Shown one piece after another: positions 51,217 through 64,000 of a stretch of 64,000 bases of DNA; the first letter of the stretch is position 1; the number at the start of each line of letters is the position of its first letter. Both the position numbers and the translations under genes were made by a program. The notes below the pieces were generated by a model. That model ran no database searches. It had not been told where the DNA came from and saw only the letters and a program-made list of their open reading frames with translations. Where the stretch lies: positions 128,001-192,000 of the forward strand of contig CAWFFU010000011.1 of NCBI GenBank assembly GCA_963815215.1, given 5' to 3'. The DNA comes from an uncultured Trueperaceae bacterium. GTDB taxonomy: Bacteria > Deinococcota > Deinococci > Deinococcales > Trueperaceae.

Positions 51217-51999
51217 ATGGCATCGGTCACGCGAGGAAGCTCGCCCGGCACGCTCCGTGGAGGCTTCGACCCATCGTGGAGGCGCCTGGTATGGGTTGGG
51301 GGTGTGGCTGCGTTGCTGGCGGCAGCCGTGTGGCTCGCGGGGACCGCCCTAGCCTTCGTGTCAACGCCGCCGGCCACAGGCGGCGTCGAGACCCTGCAGT
51401 ACATCGCTGCGCATCGCAGCCTGTACATCCTGAAGCAGGTGCTCTGGTTGGCGCCCCTGGGCCTGACCATGGTGACGCTCCTGGCGTTCTACCCGGTACT
51501 CGAGCGTTTCGACCGCGGCATGGCGCTGCTGGCCGTGGTGATCGGCGTCGTGGCCTGGGGCATCAGCCTGGCATGGCTGACGACAGGTGAGGGCTCGCCG
51601 GTCCTGGTCTTCCTGAGCGACCACTTCATGACGGCCACCAGCGCCGCGCAGCAGGCCCCGTTTGTGGCCGCGGCAGAGGCGCTCATCGCCACCAACGCCA
51701 CGCCCGCGGCGCCCGGCGTGCTCGAGACCATCAGCATCTTGGTGGTGTCCTTGGTGGCACTTAGCGGCGGTCTGCCAAGGAGCGTGGCCTACCTGGGCAT
51801 CGTCACGGGAGCGCTGGGCGTGATCGGCGAGGCGTTGCGCAGCGCGCTCGGCGACGCCTACGCGGTGTACGGCATCCTGCTCCTCGTGTGGCTGGTGGCG
51901 GTGGGTTGGGCACTGCTTCGGGCAGCGCGCGACGCCACGGCAACAACGAACGAGCGATCGCCGAAGGCTGCCGCCAGGGCCTCCCGCCAGAGGCGTTGA
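51217..51999 (+). CDS. Multi-TM membrane protein (DUF4386-like)
   Basis: About six hydrophobic helices; AGGAGG SD. Confidence 0.75.
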   Translation: MASVTRGSSPGTLRGGFDPSWRRLVWVGGVAALLAAAVWLAGTALAFVSTPPATGGVETLQYIAAHRSLYILKQVLWLAPLGLTMVTLLAFYPVLERFDRGMALLAVVIGVVAWGISLAWLTTGEGSPVLVFLSDHFMTATSAAQQAPFVAAAEALIATNATPAAPGVLETISILVVSLVALSGGLPRSVAYLGIVTGALGVIGEALRSALGDAYAVYGILLLVWLVAVGWALLRAARDATATTNERSPKAAARASRQRR

Positions 52000-52001
52000 G
52001 C

Positions 52002-52433
52002 ATGGGAAGTCAGGCCACCAGACTGCTGATAGCGGCAGTGCTGGGCCTGCACGGTCTCGGGCACGGCGGTGCCTTCGTCGCGGAGCTGATCGCCCGAAGC
52101 GGCCGTGCCGACACCGGCGCATGGCGCGCCGCGCACCTGTGGGCGGCGCCGTCCCTTCCCGTGTCCGCTGCAACAGCGTTGGCGGGCGTGTTCTGGATTC
52201 TGGCGCTTGTGGGCTTCGTGGCCGCGGCCCTGGCTTTCTGGGGTTGGCTGATACCGCCCTCGACATGGCGGCAGCTCGCTGTCGGTTCCGCCATCATCTC
52301 ACTGGCGGGGATGGTGCTCTTCTTCGGCACCTGGCCGGCGTTCAACACCCTCGCTGCGCTCGCCGTCAACTTCGCGGTGCTGATCACACAGCTCTGGAGC
52401 CATTGGCCGGCACAGGCCGCGTTCGGGCGATAG
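52002..52433 (+). CDS. Hypothetical membrane protein
   Basis: HGLGHG motif and about four TM segments; starts 2 nt after the previous stop. Confidence 0.75.
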   Translation: MGSQATRLLIAAVLGLHGLGHGGAFVAELIARSGRADTGAWRAAHLWAAPSLPVSAATALAGVFWILALVGFVAAALAFWGWLIPPSTWRQLAVGSAIISLAGMVLFFGTWPAFNTLAALAVNFAVLITQLWSHWPAQAAFGR

Positions 52434-53137
52434 ACACGAGTTTGTCGAGTCTGCAGGAGACAACCAGCCTGCGGCCCAGCCACCCGGTCACCAGATCCAG
52501 CGTCTGGCGCAGCCCTCAGACCTTTGCCCGTCGGCGGGAGGCGCGCTCAGCGCCCGTTACAGTGGCCCTACCTTCAAGCCTCCGCCGGCCAAGCGCGCGG
52601 TTTCGCAAGCCCACTCCCAGGGGCGCCCACATGAGCAGACTACCGATAAGGCCCTCCCGCTCCGGCTGCGGTGGGCGTCGCAACGACGTACCGACTACAT
52701 GCGGCTCGAGCAGCGTGACACCGCGCACCATTGTGCAGTACAGCCAACACCACCCCACATCCGCCGGCCGGATCGGCCATGACACCGTGCGACAAGCTCC
52801 ATTGTCGGGTGGTGGACAATGTGCACATAGTCCGACGATCGACGTTGCCATGGTCGTACGATCAAGAGTCGCGTCCGGGACGTAACAGACTTATGTGCCG
52901 CGCCCTGGACGCAGTAGTCCTCACGCATCGCATCGCGGTCCGGTCGGCCATGACCCGCTGCCCGCAACTCAGCACACGCTTCGTCAGGTGGCGGATGCAC
53001 TTGCCCCGATGTCTGCGTGAGGGCATGTGCGACCAGGCGCATGTCTGCAACACCCCAATCGGTCCGGCGCCGTAGAAGGCCCCTGTAGAATGCGGCGTCG
53101 ATAGACGCGAGACCATTTGAGGGGGTTGGTCGAAGAC

Positions 53138-56100
53138 GTGGAAGTTCCGCATGAGTTGAAGGTGAGCATCCGCCAGGGTCGGGCGATCTTGTTTCTAGGC
53201 GCAGGAGCGTCGGATGGGGCACTTGATGCTGCGGGCCGCGAGGCACCGATGGCGGGTGAAGTGGCGCAATTGTTGCGCGAGAGATTCCTTGGTGGTGAGC
53301 TTGAGCGTGCTGACCTCGCCCAGATCGCTGAAGTAGCGGAGTCGGAGAGTAGCCTGTTTGCAGTCCAAGAGGCGATTCGCGAACGCCTTGAAGGGCTCAG
53401 GCCAGCTGACTTCCACTACTTGATACCTGAGTTTCGGTGGAACTCGATCTTCACCGTCAACTACGACACCATCGTGGAGCAGGCGTATGAGGCTCGTGCA
53501 AACTCTCGTTTGCAGCGTCTTGTCCTGTTCCTGTCAAATGAGGACCAGATTGAAGGTTCTTTGGCGGCCGTACCGAACCCTGTGCCTTTCGTCAAGTTGC
53601 ATGGGTCGATTACGCACGCTAGGGACAGTCGCATACCTCTTATTTTGACGCCAGATCAGTATGTGCGCCATCGGAAAGGGCGAGAAAACCTGTTTCGATT
53701 CCTATTGAGCCGAGCGACCGACTTCCCGATTGTGTTCGCTGGCCACTCCCTCTCCGACCCGGACCTCCGGAGAATACTGGTTGAAATCGAAGAGGAGACG
53801 CCGAGTCGACCCGCCTACTACTTCGTGGCACGTGATGTTCCGAGCGTGTTGGAGCGCTCTTGGGCGAGCCGCAGGGTCTTTGCCCTTCAAGGGACGTTTG
53901 AGGAGTTCCTGCGGCAGATCGACCAAGACATCCCCGAGGCCCAAAGGCGTCTCGCTTCGCTTGCGCCCATCACCGACGTGATCGAGCGGAAGTTCAAGCG
54001 CCATGAAGAGATGACTGACGGGTGTCGGCGCTTCCTGTCTGAGCATGTGGATGTTGTGGACCCGAGTATGAGCGTGAAGGTTGCGAATGCAGCCGCGTTC
54101 TATCGAGGATTCGACGTCGACTGGTATGCGGTTTCGCGTGGACTTGATGTGAAGCGCTCGATCTGCGACCGGATGATCCTTGAGGTCATGCTCCGGCACG
54201 AATCGGATCGCCCAACTCGGGTCGAACTGTACGTGCTGAAGGGGTTCGCCGGTTCAGGCAAGTCTGTGACCCTTAGGAGGATTGCGTGGGATTCCGCTCC
54301 CATTTGCGACGGAACGGTGCTTCACCTTCGTGAATACGGCAGCCTGCAATACGAGGCAATTGTGGAAGTCCTCCGCTTGACCGACGAGCGCCTATTCCTG
54401 TTTGTTGATGACGCTGCCGATAATGTGTCCCAGATTGAAGGCCTGATTGAACAAGCGCGTCGCGACAAGTTGGCTCTCACCATAGTCACCGCAGAGCGCC
54501 AGAACGAGTGGAACACTGTCTGCGACGATCGTCTGTCCCCGTTCCTAACGGATACGTTCGAGTTGCGGAATCTCAATGAAGACGAGATGACCGAGCTTCT
54601 GGGAAAGCTCGAGCAGCACAATTCGCTTGGGTTCATGAGTGAAATGGAGCCCGCTGACCGTCTCGAGTACTTCGGTCGTGTAATGAGGCGCCAGATCTTG
54701 GTCGCTCTGCATGAGGCGACATCCGGCAAGCCGTTCGTAGATATTCTTGTTGACGAGTTCAACCAGATTCGGCCTGAGCAGGCAAGAGACATCTACCTCA
54801 CCGTTTGCGTGCTGAATCGACTCGGAGTCGGAGTCCGTGCAGGGGTGATTTCACGGGTCTTTGGGATTCCTTTTGCGCGATTTGAGCAGGAATTCTTCAA
54901 GCCCCTAGAGCACGTGGTTGAAGTGCGAGAGCACCCGACCCTTGGCGAAATGATCTATGAGGCTCGTCATCAGGAGATTGCCCAGATCGTATTTGAGCGC
55001 ATCCTTACAACCCGTGGTGCCAGATTCGACGAGTACGTTCGGATTCTCCGGGCGCTGAATGTCTCCTACAACACGGACCGCCGGGCGTACCGTGGGCTGC
55101 TCAACAACGCACCGCTTGCTGACCTATTTCCGGAGTACGAAGATGTAACGGAACTGTATCGGATTGCGGAAGAGATTGCACCTGACGACGCGTATAGACT
55201 GCAGCAGCAAGGCATCTACGAGATGAAGAGGCGGCCCCCGGACCTAGCGCGCGCGGGCCGGCTACTGCGTGAGGCAATGGCTCTTGAGCCGCGGAACTCC
55301 TCCATCGTCCATTCGCTAGCTGAGCACGCCCGGCATCTCGCGGAGGAAGCTGGTACCGAGCTAGACAAGAGGCGGTATAGGAGTGAAGCACGGGACCTCC
55401 TCGACTCGCTTATTCATTTCGACGGGCACAAGGGGTACGCGAGGCACACGCTTGTCAAGCTGGCGATGGATGAACTCAAGGAACAACTCGAGGACCCTGA
55501 GACGCCAGATGAACGCATAGAGCGTGCCGTACAGAGAGTTGAGGATCACATCCAAGCGGGGGTTCAGGAAACGCCTGGTGACGAGCTCATGGCTCAAGCG
55601 GAGGCCGACCTTAGCAACTTACTGTCGGACTACGATCGGGCGCTTGAGGCACTTCGAGGAGCACACGTCAAGAACCCACACAACCCGGTGATCGCGGTCC
55701 GGCTAGCCAAGCAGTACCGAGCGGCATCGCGATTCGGCGAGGCGGTAGCAGTTATTGAGCGCTCGCTTGAGTCCAACCCGCATGACAAACGACTTCACTA
55801 CATGGCGGCGATGGTCAAACGACAGCTTTCCGGGATCCCCGATGAACAGGTCATTCACCACCTTCAGAAGTCATTCGTGGCCGGTGACACGAACTACGAC
55901 GCGCAATTCTGGCTCGCCCGGTACCTATTCGAGAGCCTCGATGGCGATCGCCTTGAACGCTCGCGCGTTCTTTTCAGCGAACTGCGTGAGGCACGTATTC
56001 CGTTCGCACAACGTAGGCGGGTGAGAGACTATCTTCGCAACTCCGGCGGCGAGCGAAGGCGCGTTTCGGGCACCTTGATCAAGAAGTCTGACGACTACGG

Positions 56101-56275
56101 GTTTGTGCACGTGGATTCGCTTGGGCAGGACGTCTTTGTCCACGCCAGTAGTTTTGAGGACTCAATTTGGACTGCGATTTCGGTGGGAGATCGCCTGGAG
56201 CTGCAGGTCGGATTCAACTTGAGCGGGGCAGTCGGCCTCAATATCAGCGTGGCCGGTAATGATGGGCCACCGTAG
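53138..56275 (+). CDS. SIR2-like NADase - STAND ATPase - TPR - cold-shock domain protein (putative anti-phage NLR-like)
   Basis: LFLGAGAS, FTVNYD, KLHGS, FAGHSLSD; Walker A GFAGSGKS, Walker B FLFVDD; helical repeats; C-terminal YGFV and DVFVH CSD motifs; alternative TTG start 53117. Confidence 0.85.
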   Translation: MEVPHELKVSIRQGRAILFLGAGASDGALDAAGREAPMAGEVAQLLRERFLGGELERADLAQIAEVAESESSLFAVQEAIRERLEGLRPADFHYLIPEFRWNSIFTVNYDTIVEQAYEARANSRLQRLVLFLSNEDQIEGSLAAVPNPVPFVKLHGSITHARDSRIPLILTPDQYVRHRKGRENLFRFLLSRATDFPIVFAGHSLSDPDLRRILVEIEEETPSRPAYYFVARDVPSVLERSWASRRVFALQGTFEEFLRQIDQDIPEAQRRLASLAPITDVIERKFKRHEEMTDGCRRFLSEHVDVVDPSMSVKVANAAAFYRGFDVDWYAVSRGLDVKRSICDRMILEVMLRHESDRPTRVELYVLKGFAGSGKSVTLRRIAWDSAPICDGTVLHLREYGSLQYEAIVEVLRLTDERLFLFVDDAADNVSQIEGLIEQARRDKLALTIVTAERQNEWNTVCDDRLSPFLTDTFELRNLNEDEMTELLGKLEQHNSLGFMSEMEPADRLEYFGRVMRRQILVALHEATSGKPFVDILVDEFNQIRPEQARDIYLTVCVLNRLGVGVRAGVISRVFGIPFARFEQEFFKPLEHVVEVREHPTLGEMIYEARHQEIAQIVFERILTTRGARFDEYVRILRALNVSYNTDRRAYRGLLNNAPLADLFPEYEDVTELYRIAEEIAPDDAYRLQQQGIYEMKRRPPDLARAGRLLREAMALEPRNSSIVHSLAEHARHLAEEAGTELDKRRYRSEARDLLDSLIHFDGHKGYARHTLVKLAMDELKEQLEDPETPDERIERAVQRVEDHIQAGVQETPGDELMAQAEADLSNLLSDYDRALEALRGAHVKNPHNPVIAVRLAKQYRAASRFGEAVAVIERSLESNPHDKRLHYMAAMVKRQLSGIPDEQVIHHLQKSFVAGDTNYDAQFWLARYLFESLDGDRLERSRVLFSELREARIPFAQRRRVRDYLRNSGGERRRVSGTLIKKSDDYGFVHVDSLGQDVFVHASSFEDSIWTAISVGDRLELQVGFNLSGAVGLNISVAGNDGPP

Positions 56276-56486
56276 AAGGGGCGCTCGACACAACTTGAGA
56301 ATCCAAGGCAGACGAAGCCTTGGGTCGCCCGTGTGGGCGAAGCAAAGCACGCGATGTCGAACCGCTCACCGTACAAGCCATTGAGGGTTCGTTGGTGAGG
56401 TGTGATGCGGGGCCCCGGAGTTGTGCAGCCTCAAGAGTTCGACAGCACGGCCGGCGGACAACAGCACTTGTCGCACGCCGGGTCCC

Positions 56487-59400
56487 CTACGCGACAGCCC
56501 ATTGCGCTGCCGCAGCCTCCGCCTGCTCCAGCACCGTCCGTGTCGCCTTCTCCTGCTTGTCCGGCGGATACCCGTGCCTGCGGAGGATCCGTTTCACGAG
56601 CACCCGAAGGTGCGCCCGCACGTTCTCCCGAAGCGTCCAGTCGATGGTGACGTTGTTCCGCACCGCCTCGAGCAGCTCCCTCGCGATCACGCGCAGGTTC
56701 TCGTCCCCCAGCACCTTCACGGCGCTGTCGTTGGCGTCCAGCGCGTCGTAGAACGCCAGCTCGTCCTCGCTGAGCCCGAGCGTTTCGCCTCGCGCGTGCG
56801 CCGCGCGCATCTCCTTGGCGAGCGCGATGAGCTCCTCGAGCACTTGCGCCGCTTCGACCGCGCGGTTCTGGTAGCGGCGGAGCGAGCGCTCCAGCATCTC
56901 GGCGAACGAGCGCGCCTGAACCACGTTGCGCCGTCGCCGCCCCGCGATCTCGCCCTTGAGCAGCTTCTGCAGCAGGTCGACGGCGAGGTTGCGTTGCTTC
57001 ATGCCGCGCACCTCGGCCAGGAAGTCGTCGGACAGGATGGAGATGTCGGGCTTCTCGAGCCCGGCCGCGGCGAAGATGTCCACCACCCCGTCGGGCGCCA
57101 CGGCCCTGGAGAGGATCTGCCGAACGGCGTGCTCGACGTCCTCGTCCGTCCGGCCGCTCCCGTCCGCCCCCTTCGCCAGGACGGAGCGCACGGCCTGGAA
57201 GAACCCCACGTCGTCCCGGATCTTCAGGGCCTCGTCACTCGGCACCGCGAGCGCGAACGCCCGCGAGAGCAGCGCGGACCTCCCGAAGGCAGCGTTCCTT
57301 GCCGTCCTTCTGAGCCAGGATGTGCTCCTGCGCTGCCGGGAGGAGCGACAGCCGCTCCTTGGGGCCTCCCGAGGTCCAGAGCGACCAGTCGAACCCGTGG
57401 AAGAGCCCGCAGCAGACCTCGTACTTCTCCCGCATGATCCGCACGGCTTCGTCCTGGTCGATGGCCGTGCTCGCCCTTGCCGCCGCTCGCGGTGTAGGTG
57501 GCGAGCGCCTTCTTCAGCTCGTGCGCCAGGCCGAGGTAGTCGACGACGAGGCCGCCGGGCTTGTCCTCGAACACCCGGTTGACGCGGGCGATGGCCTGCA
57601 TCAACCCGTGCCCCCGCATGGGCTTGTCCACATACATGGTGTGCAGGCTCGGGGCATCGAAGCCGGTCAACCACATGTCCCGCACAAGGACCACCTGAAG
57701 CGGATCCTTCGGGTCGCGGAAGCGGTTGGCCAGCGCCTGCCGGCGGGGCTTGTTGCGGATGTGCTGCTGCCACTCCACGGGATCCGACGCGGACCCCGTC
57801 ATGACCACCTTCATCGTCCCCTCGTCGTCGTCTTCGGCCGCCCAAGCCGGCCGCAGCTTGGCGATCTCGGCGTACAGATCGACGCAGATGCGGCGGCTCA
57901 TGCACACGATCATGGCCTTGCCCTCAAGCGCCTCCAGGCGCTTCTCGAAGTGCTCCACCATGTCCCGCGCGACCAGCTCCAGGCGCTTGCCGGCTCCGAC
58001 GATCGCCTCGAGCTGCGCCCACTTGGTCTTCAGCTTCTCCTTGCGCTCGACCTCCTCGCCCTCCGTCACCTCGTCGAACTCGGGGTCGATGCGCGGCCGC
58101 TCGTCCTCGTCCAGCTCCAGCTTCGCCAGCCGACTCTCGTAGTAGATCGGCACGGTGGCGCCGTCCTCCACCGCGCGCTGGATGTCGTAGATGCTGATGT
58201 AGTCCCCGAACACGGCCCGGGTGCTGGCATCCTCCAACTCGATCGGGGTGCCGGTGAAGCCGATGAACGACGCGTTGGGCAGCGCGTCACGCATGTGCCG
58301 CGCGAAGCCGTCGATGAAGTCGTACTGGCTGCGGTGCGCCTCATCCGCGATCACCACGATGTTGCGACGATCCGACAGCGTCGGATGCGTGTCGCCCCGC
58401 TCCTCCGGGAAGAACTTCTGGATGGTGGTGAAGACCACGCCGCCGGCGTTCACGTCCAGCAGCTCGCGTAGCTGCGCGCGGCTCGCGCGCCTGCACCGGC
58501 GGCTGCCGGAGCAGCTCGCTGCAACGCGAGAACGTCCCGAAGAGCTGATCGTCGAGATCGTTGCGGTCCGTGAGCACCACCAGCGTCGGGTTCTGCATCG
58601 CCGGCTCACGAACCATCCGCCCCGCATAGAACGCCATCGTCAGGCTCTTCCCAGACCCCTGCGTATGCCACACCACGCCCACGCGGCGATCACCGTACTG
58701 CCCGCCGTCAGGGCCCGCCTCGTCACGCTCCCCGTCGAGCAGCTGGGCCGCGCGCAGCGTCTGCCCGATGGCCTCCCTGACAGCGTGGAACTGGTGGTAC
58801 CCCGCCATCTTCTTGACCAGACGACCGCTGCCATCGTCGTCGAAGACGATGAAGTCGCGCACCAGTTCCAGGAAACGCGCCGGCTCGAAGAGGCCCTCGG
58901 TGAGCACCTGCAGCTCCGGCAGCGTCTTGTCGGCAAGCTCCTGACCGCCGATGGTGCGCCACGGCTTGAACCACTCCCGATCGGCCGTCAACGTGCCCAC
59001 CCTCGCCTGCACCCCGTCCGAGACCACCAGCGCATCGTTGAACGCGAACAGCGACGGGATCTCCGCCTTGTACGTCTGCAGCTGCTGGAAGGCCGTCTGG
59101 ATCGTCGCGCCCTCGGACGCAGCGTTCTTCAACTCCATCACGGCCAACGGCAGCCCGTTGACGAACAGGACGACGTCCGGGCGCCGCACATGCTTGTTCT
59201 CCTCGACCGTGAACTGATTGACCGCCAGCAGGTCATTCGAACCGACGTTCTCGAAGTCGACGACCTGCACCTGCGCCCCCCGGACCCCACCCGAGTCCGT
59301 CCGGTACTCGACAGCCACACCGTCGACCAACATCCGGTGCAACGTCCGATTGCGCAACGCGACGTCGGGCCCCTCCAACCGAGTCAGCTTCCGGTAGGCG

Positions 59401-59606
59401 TCGTCGATCGCTTCCGAGGGCAGGTCCGGGTTCAATCTGGCCAGGGCGTCGAGCAACCGTTGCCGAAGGACGACCTGGCCGTAGTCCTCACGCTCACTGC
59501 AAGGCTCGCCCGGAGCGATGTCGGGCCCGCTGACGTAATCCCAGCCGACCTCCTGCAGCCACTCCAGCGCAGCTTCCTCGACATCCGACTCCGCGAACTT
59601 GCTCAT
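56487..59606 (-). CDS. hsdR: Type I restriction subunit R (3 frameshifts near 58485, 57472, 57275)
   Basis: RPD...ELK nuclease motif, [41 protein letters not shown], spread over four frame segments. Confidence 0.93.
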
Positions 59607-60467
59607 GCGCCCCCCGTCGCCGCCTCCTGGATCTCCTTCAGCGTGCGACCCTTGGAATCCTTCCACTCGGTGCGGCCGTTGCTCGTTCGTCCCAACATCA
59701 CGCCCGCCGCCATCGACGGCGAACCGAAAGTGTAATCCTGCGTCAACCTCAGGACTTCGCCAGCATCAGCCAGCACACCCTTGTCCCGCAACGTCGCCCG
59801 GAGATTCGAGAGGTACGACAAGATGGACGGCGTCTCGCTCTTCACCGCCATCGACCCCTCCCGCACCACGAACCCCTCCACCCCCTCGTAGCCCCGCGCC
59901 TCGATGCCCTTCGCGTGAAGCACCAAGCCACGCTTCCCGGACACCGCCGCGCGCGGCTTATCGAAGAACGTCACCCCCACCACCGGAAGACACAGCAACA
60001 GATCCCCCAAGAACGCCTCCGCGTCCGCCGCATCCGCCTCCGACAACGACGGCAACTGCGGAACGTTGCCGTTGTCCAACTCGCAGCGCTTCGCAGCCGC
60101 AGCCAACTCCACCAAGCGCGACTCCAAGTACTGCACGTGCGCCTTGTTCAGATTCTGATCCTTGCTGATGAACACCGCCGCATGCGTCCAGAAATCCTTC
60201 GCCTTCGCATGGCTATCCAGCCGCGGCAACAACGCATCGCCCTCACCCACATACGCGCGCGGAAGCTGACCCGCTTCACTCAAGCCCCACAACACGTACA
60301 CGCCCGTCCGGCCCAACTCCGAGCGCTTCCGGACCTCCGGGAACAGACGAGCGCGGAAACACCAACCCCTGCCCCGTCCAATTCGACTTCTCCACGATCC
60401 GAAGGCCCTCCGGCTCACCCGACGGGATGAAGATACGAACCGAGAACCCCTGGGTCTTCGCCGTCAC
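59603..60467 (-). CDS. GIY-YIG nuclease with DUF4357/RAMA-like C-terminus (frameshift near 60350)
   Basis: EKSNWTG; GVYVLWG...[32 protein letters not shown]. Confidence 0.85.
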
Positions 60468-61777
60468 GCCACGCCCTCCATGAGATTTCCCAGCGCCTGG
60501 CACCCGCAGCTCACCCGAAATGAGCTTCGGCAACAAAGTGTCTCGCAGAGCACCTAGGGTTGCGGACTCCACGTTGCGGCGCCAGCTCGCATCGTGCACG
60601 GAGTGGCCGAACAGTTCCTCGAACGCGAGCAGTAAGCCCGCGTGGCGAGGAACAACGGATCTCGGAACGTTCCGGAAAGTGATGCCGTTGGATATGTCCC
60701 ATGGTCGTCGGCCTTGCCGGCCGCTACCCGCCGAAACTCAGAGAAGACTGAAGAAGGAACGGGAGAAGGAGAATCCACTTCGGGAACCGTCAGATGTGAC
60801 CTTGAAGCAGGTCGAATCTGGTTCACCGAGCAACTGCGCCAACGCGGCCCACACACGCAATCAAGCACCCCGACCAGGAGAACGGACGTCCCATGCGTCG
60901 ACGACCATCGCTCATAGCTCGGAATCATCGACGGCATTGATCCGCCATATCGAGCGATGCCGTCAGCGGATGTTGCGCCAGCTTGCAGTAACGGCCTTCC
61001 GCTCGATCGCCTCATGTGGGTACTTCGCATGTCACGACAGTCAATTAAGTCTGCGATCGCGCCGAGCTTGCGAAGTGCTCCACCCGGCGGGATCTCGCCA
61101 AGTCGGAATCGACGAGTCGGTCGGGAAAGAGGTCGGCGAGAGGCTGTGGGAGGCCGGGGTCGCGGCCTTCGGCCTTGGCCCGAACAGGGTCGAAGTCCAC
61201 GAACCACGACTTGAACAGCGCCCGCGCCATCGCCTCCAGCGTCTCGCTCATGCGCCGGTTCAACTCGATCTTGTCGTCCAGCGCGCCGAGGATGCCTGCG
61301 ATGCGCCGCTGCTCCGCGAGTCGACGGGCAAGAGAAGGTGGAACGTCGCTCATGTCGACTCGACGGAATGCGATCGACCGTGCTTCCGTGGATCGTACTG
61401 GGAGCTAAGGTCTCCTGGAACTGCGGCCCGAAGTAGGCATATAGCAGGAAGCGTGAATCGACCTTGCCCTTCCGGGGCCGCAGAGAGTCCGCATGCGCCG
61501 TTCCACGGCAACATCGGAGCCCGGGCGACGGAATTGAGCGGCCTGCCCGAGCCGTGTTTCCGTAGCGAGAACACAACATCACCGGTTCGCGGCTCAACAC
61601 GGTCGGGTCCACGCTCGAAATCGGCCTCCGACAGATGGTCGGTGCCGATTCAGGTCAAGCGACCGTGCTCAACGGCTCGAAATCCCGAGGAATATCGGGC
61701 CAGTCTCGTTCTCGAGGGCGTCGTGTGCGGCCCGTCAAAGATCTCGGCGATAGTCGCCCACGCGTACCTCGGCCCAG

Positions 61778-61788
<11 letters not shown>
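60464..61788 (-). CDS. hsdS: Type I specificity subunit S (heavily frameshifted)
   Basis: [44 protein letters not shown] central region; [17 protein letters not shown]-terminus; both TRDs broken by many indels. Confidence 0.85.
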
Positions 61789-63376
<1,588 letters not shown>

Positions 63377-64000
63377 TCAGTCGTAGGCCGGTCGAGGCCC
63401 GAAGGGCCCCGGCTCGTGTTCAGTAGAACTCATGCCCATCCTACGCGCGACGTCGACCGGTGTTCCGCCGGCAGCCCCCGCCATGTCGGTCCCGCGCCCA
63501 CCTGATGACGGCTGCGCGAACTCCTCATGGTGTCCCCCCCATACGTTCCATGCGTGACTCAACCGTACGTCGCCGGCGCTGCGAATCGTTTGAATCGATG
63601 CACACCGCCACTCCGCAGGACGAGCCCATCGGGTTCGCGGGCCGGAGGTGGCTCCGACGGCCATAGCGCTCAGCACGCAATCCCGTGCACGGTATTCGTC
63701 AGACTTCGGTGACGTCGAAGGCGACACCAGTCGACAACAATGGTTATCGCCCGTAGACCACGCGCCACCGGCGGCCACGAGCACAACACTGCCAGATTGT
63801 AGTTGGAACGATCGGTTCACCTACGCGACCGCGCAGCGAGCGACCCCCTTCGTGGCGACCGAGAAGCCTGAGGCACATCGTGGCGGCCATCGGCAAGGAA
63901 AAGGGTGCGGGTCCGTCGAGAGGTGCCCCTAGGAGGCCCTCAGGGCCCCAGGGGCGCTGGGGGTTCCCCTCGGCCAACTCCCCCTCTCCTTCCCGGGCGG

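Noticed and set aside
52875..52901. dif/pdif-like site CCGGGACGTAA-CAGAC-TTATGTGCCGC upstream of the SIR2 gene
   Set aside because: The spacer is 5 bp rather than 6, the outer arms match poorly, and no convincing partner site was found
52434..53116. ORFs or ncRNA in the 680-bp gap before the SIR2 gene
   Set aside because: No recognisable protein motif or convincing RNA structure by eye
63377..64000. ORFs or oriT upstream of hsdM
   Set aside because: No recognisable motif, and local sequence quality appears poor

Overview
This is a high-GC bacterial chromosome segment. It is most likely Deinococcota (Truepera/Thermus-like), inferred from a Taq-type PolA, a Thermus TmpR-like SDR, TrmH and frequent leaderless TANNNT-N5-7-start genes. 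Bases 1-39 kb are mostly housekeeping: tonB/exbBD, ppc, ymdB, a DinG-like helicase, tRNA-Leu(GAG), trmH, lipBA, ppa, pdxT/pdxS, PBP1A, trpEG-glycosyltransferase-trpD, fabI, polA, glmM and kynB. Two features there are absent from or not obvious in the ORF track. One is a leaderless Trp-containing leader peptide with an attenuator-like hairpin upstream of trpE. The other is a copper module: a secreted cupredoxin with a CuA-like CX3C motif, divergent from a canonical SCO and a coupled cysteine-less SCO paralogue, with palindromic operator boxes between them. From about 39.5 kb the region is accessory. It holds an AAA ATPase, a deleted tyrosine integrase, the 3' half of tRNA-Arg(ACG) as an att scar with arm-type repeats, quinone/catechol detoxification cargo and a defence block. 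The defence block is a SIR2-STAND-TPR-cold-shock protein convergent with a Type I R-M operon carrying a GIY-YIG/DUF4357 nuclease. The R-M operon and polA contain frameshifts that are probably sequencing or assembly errors. All product calls rest on motifs recognised by eye, not database searches. No CRISPR array or rRNA was seen.
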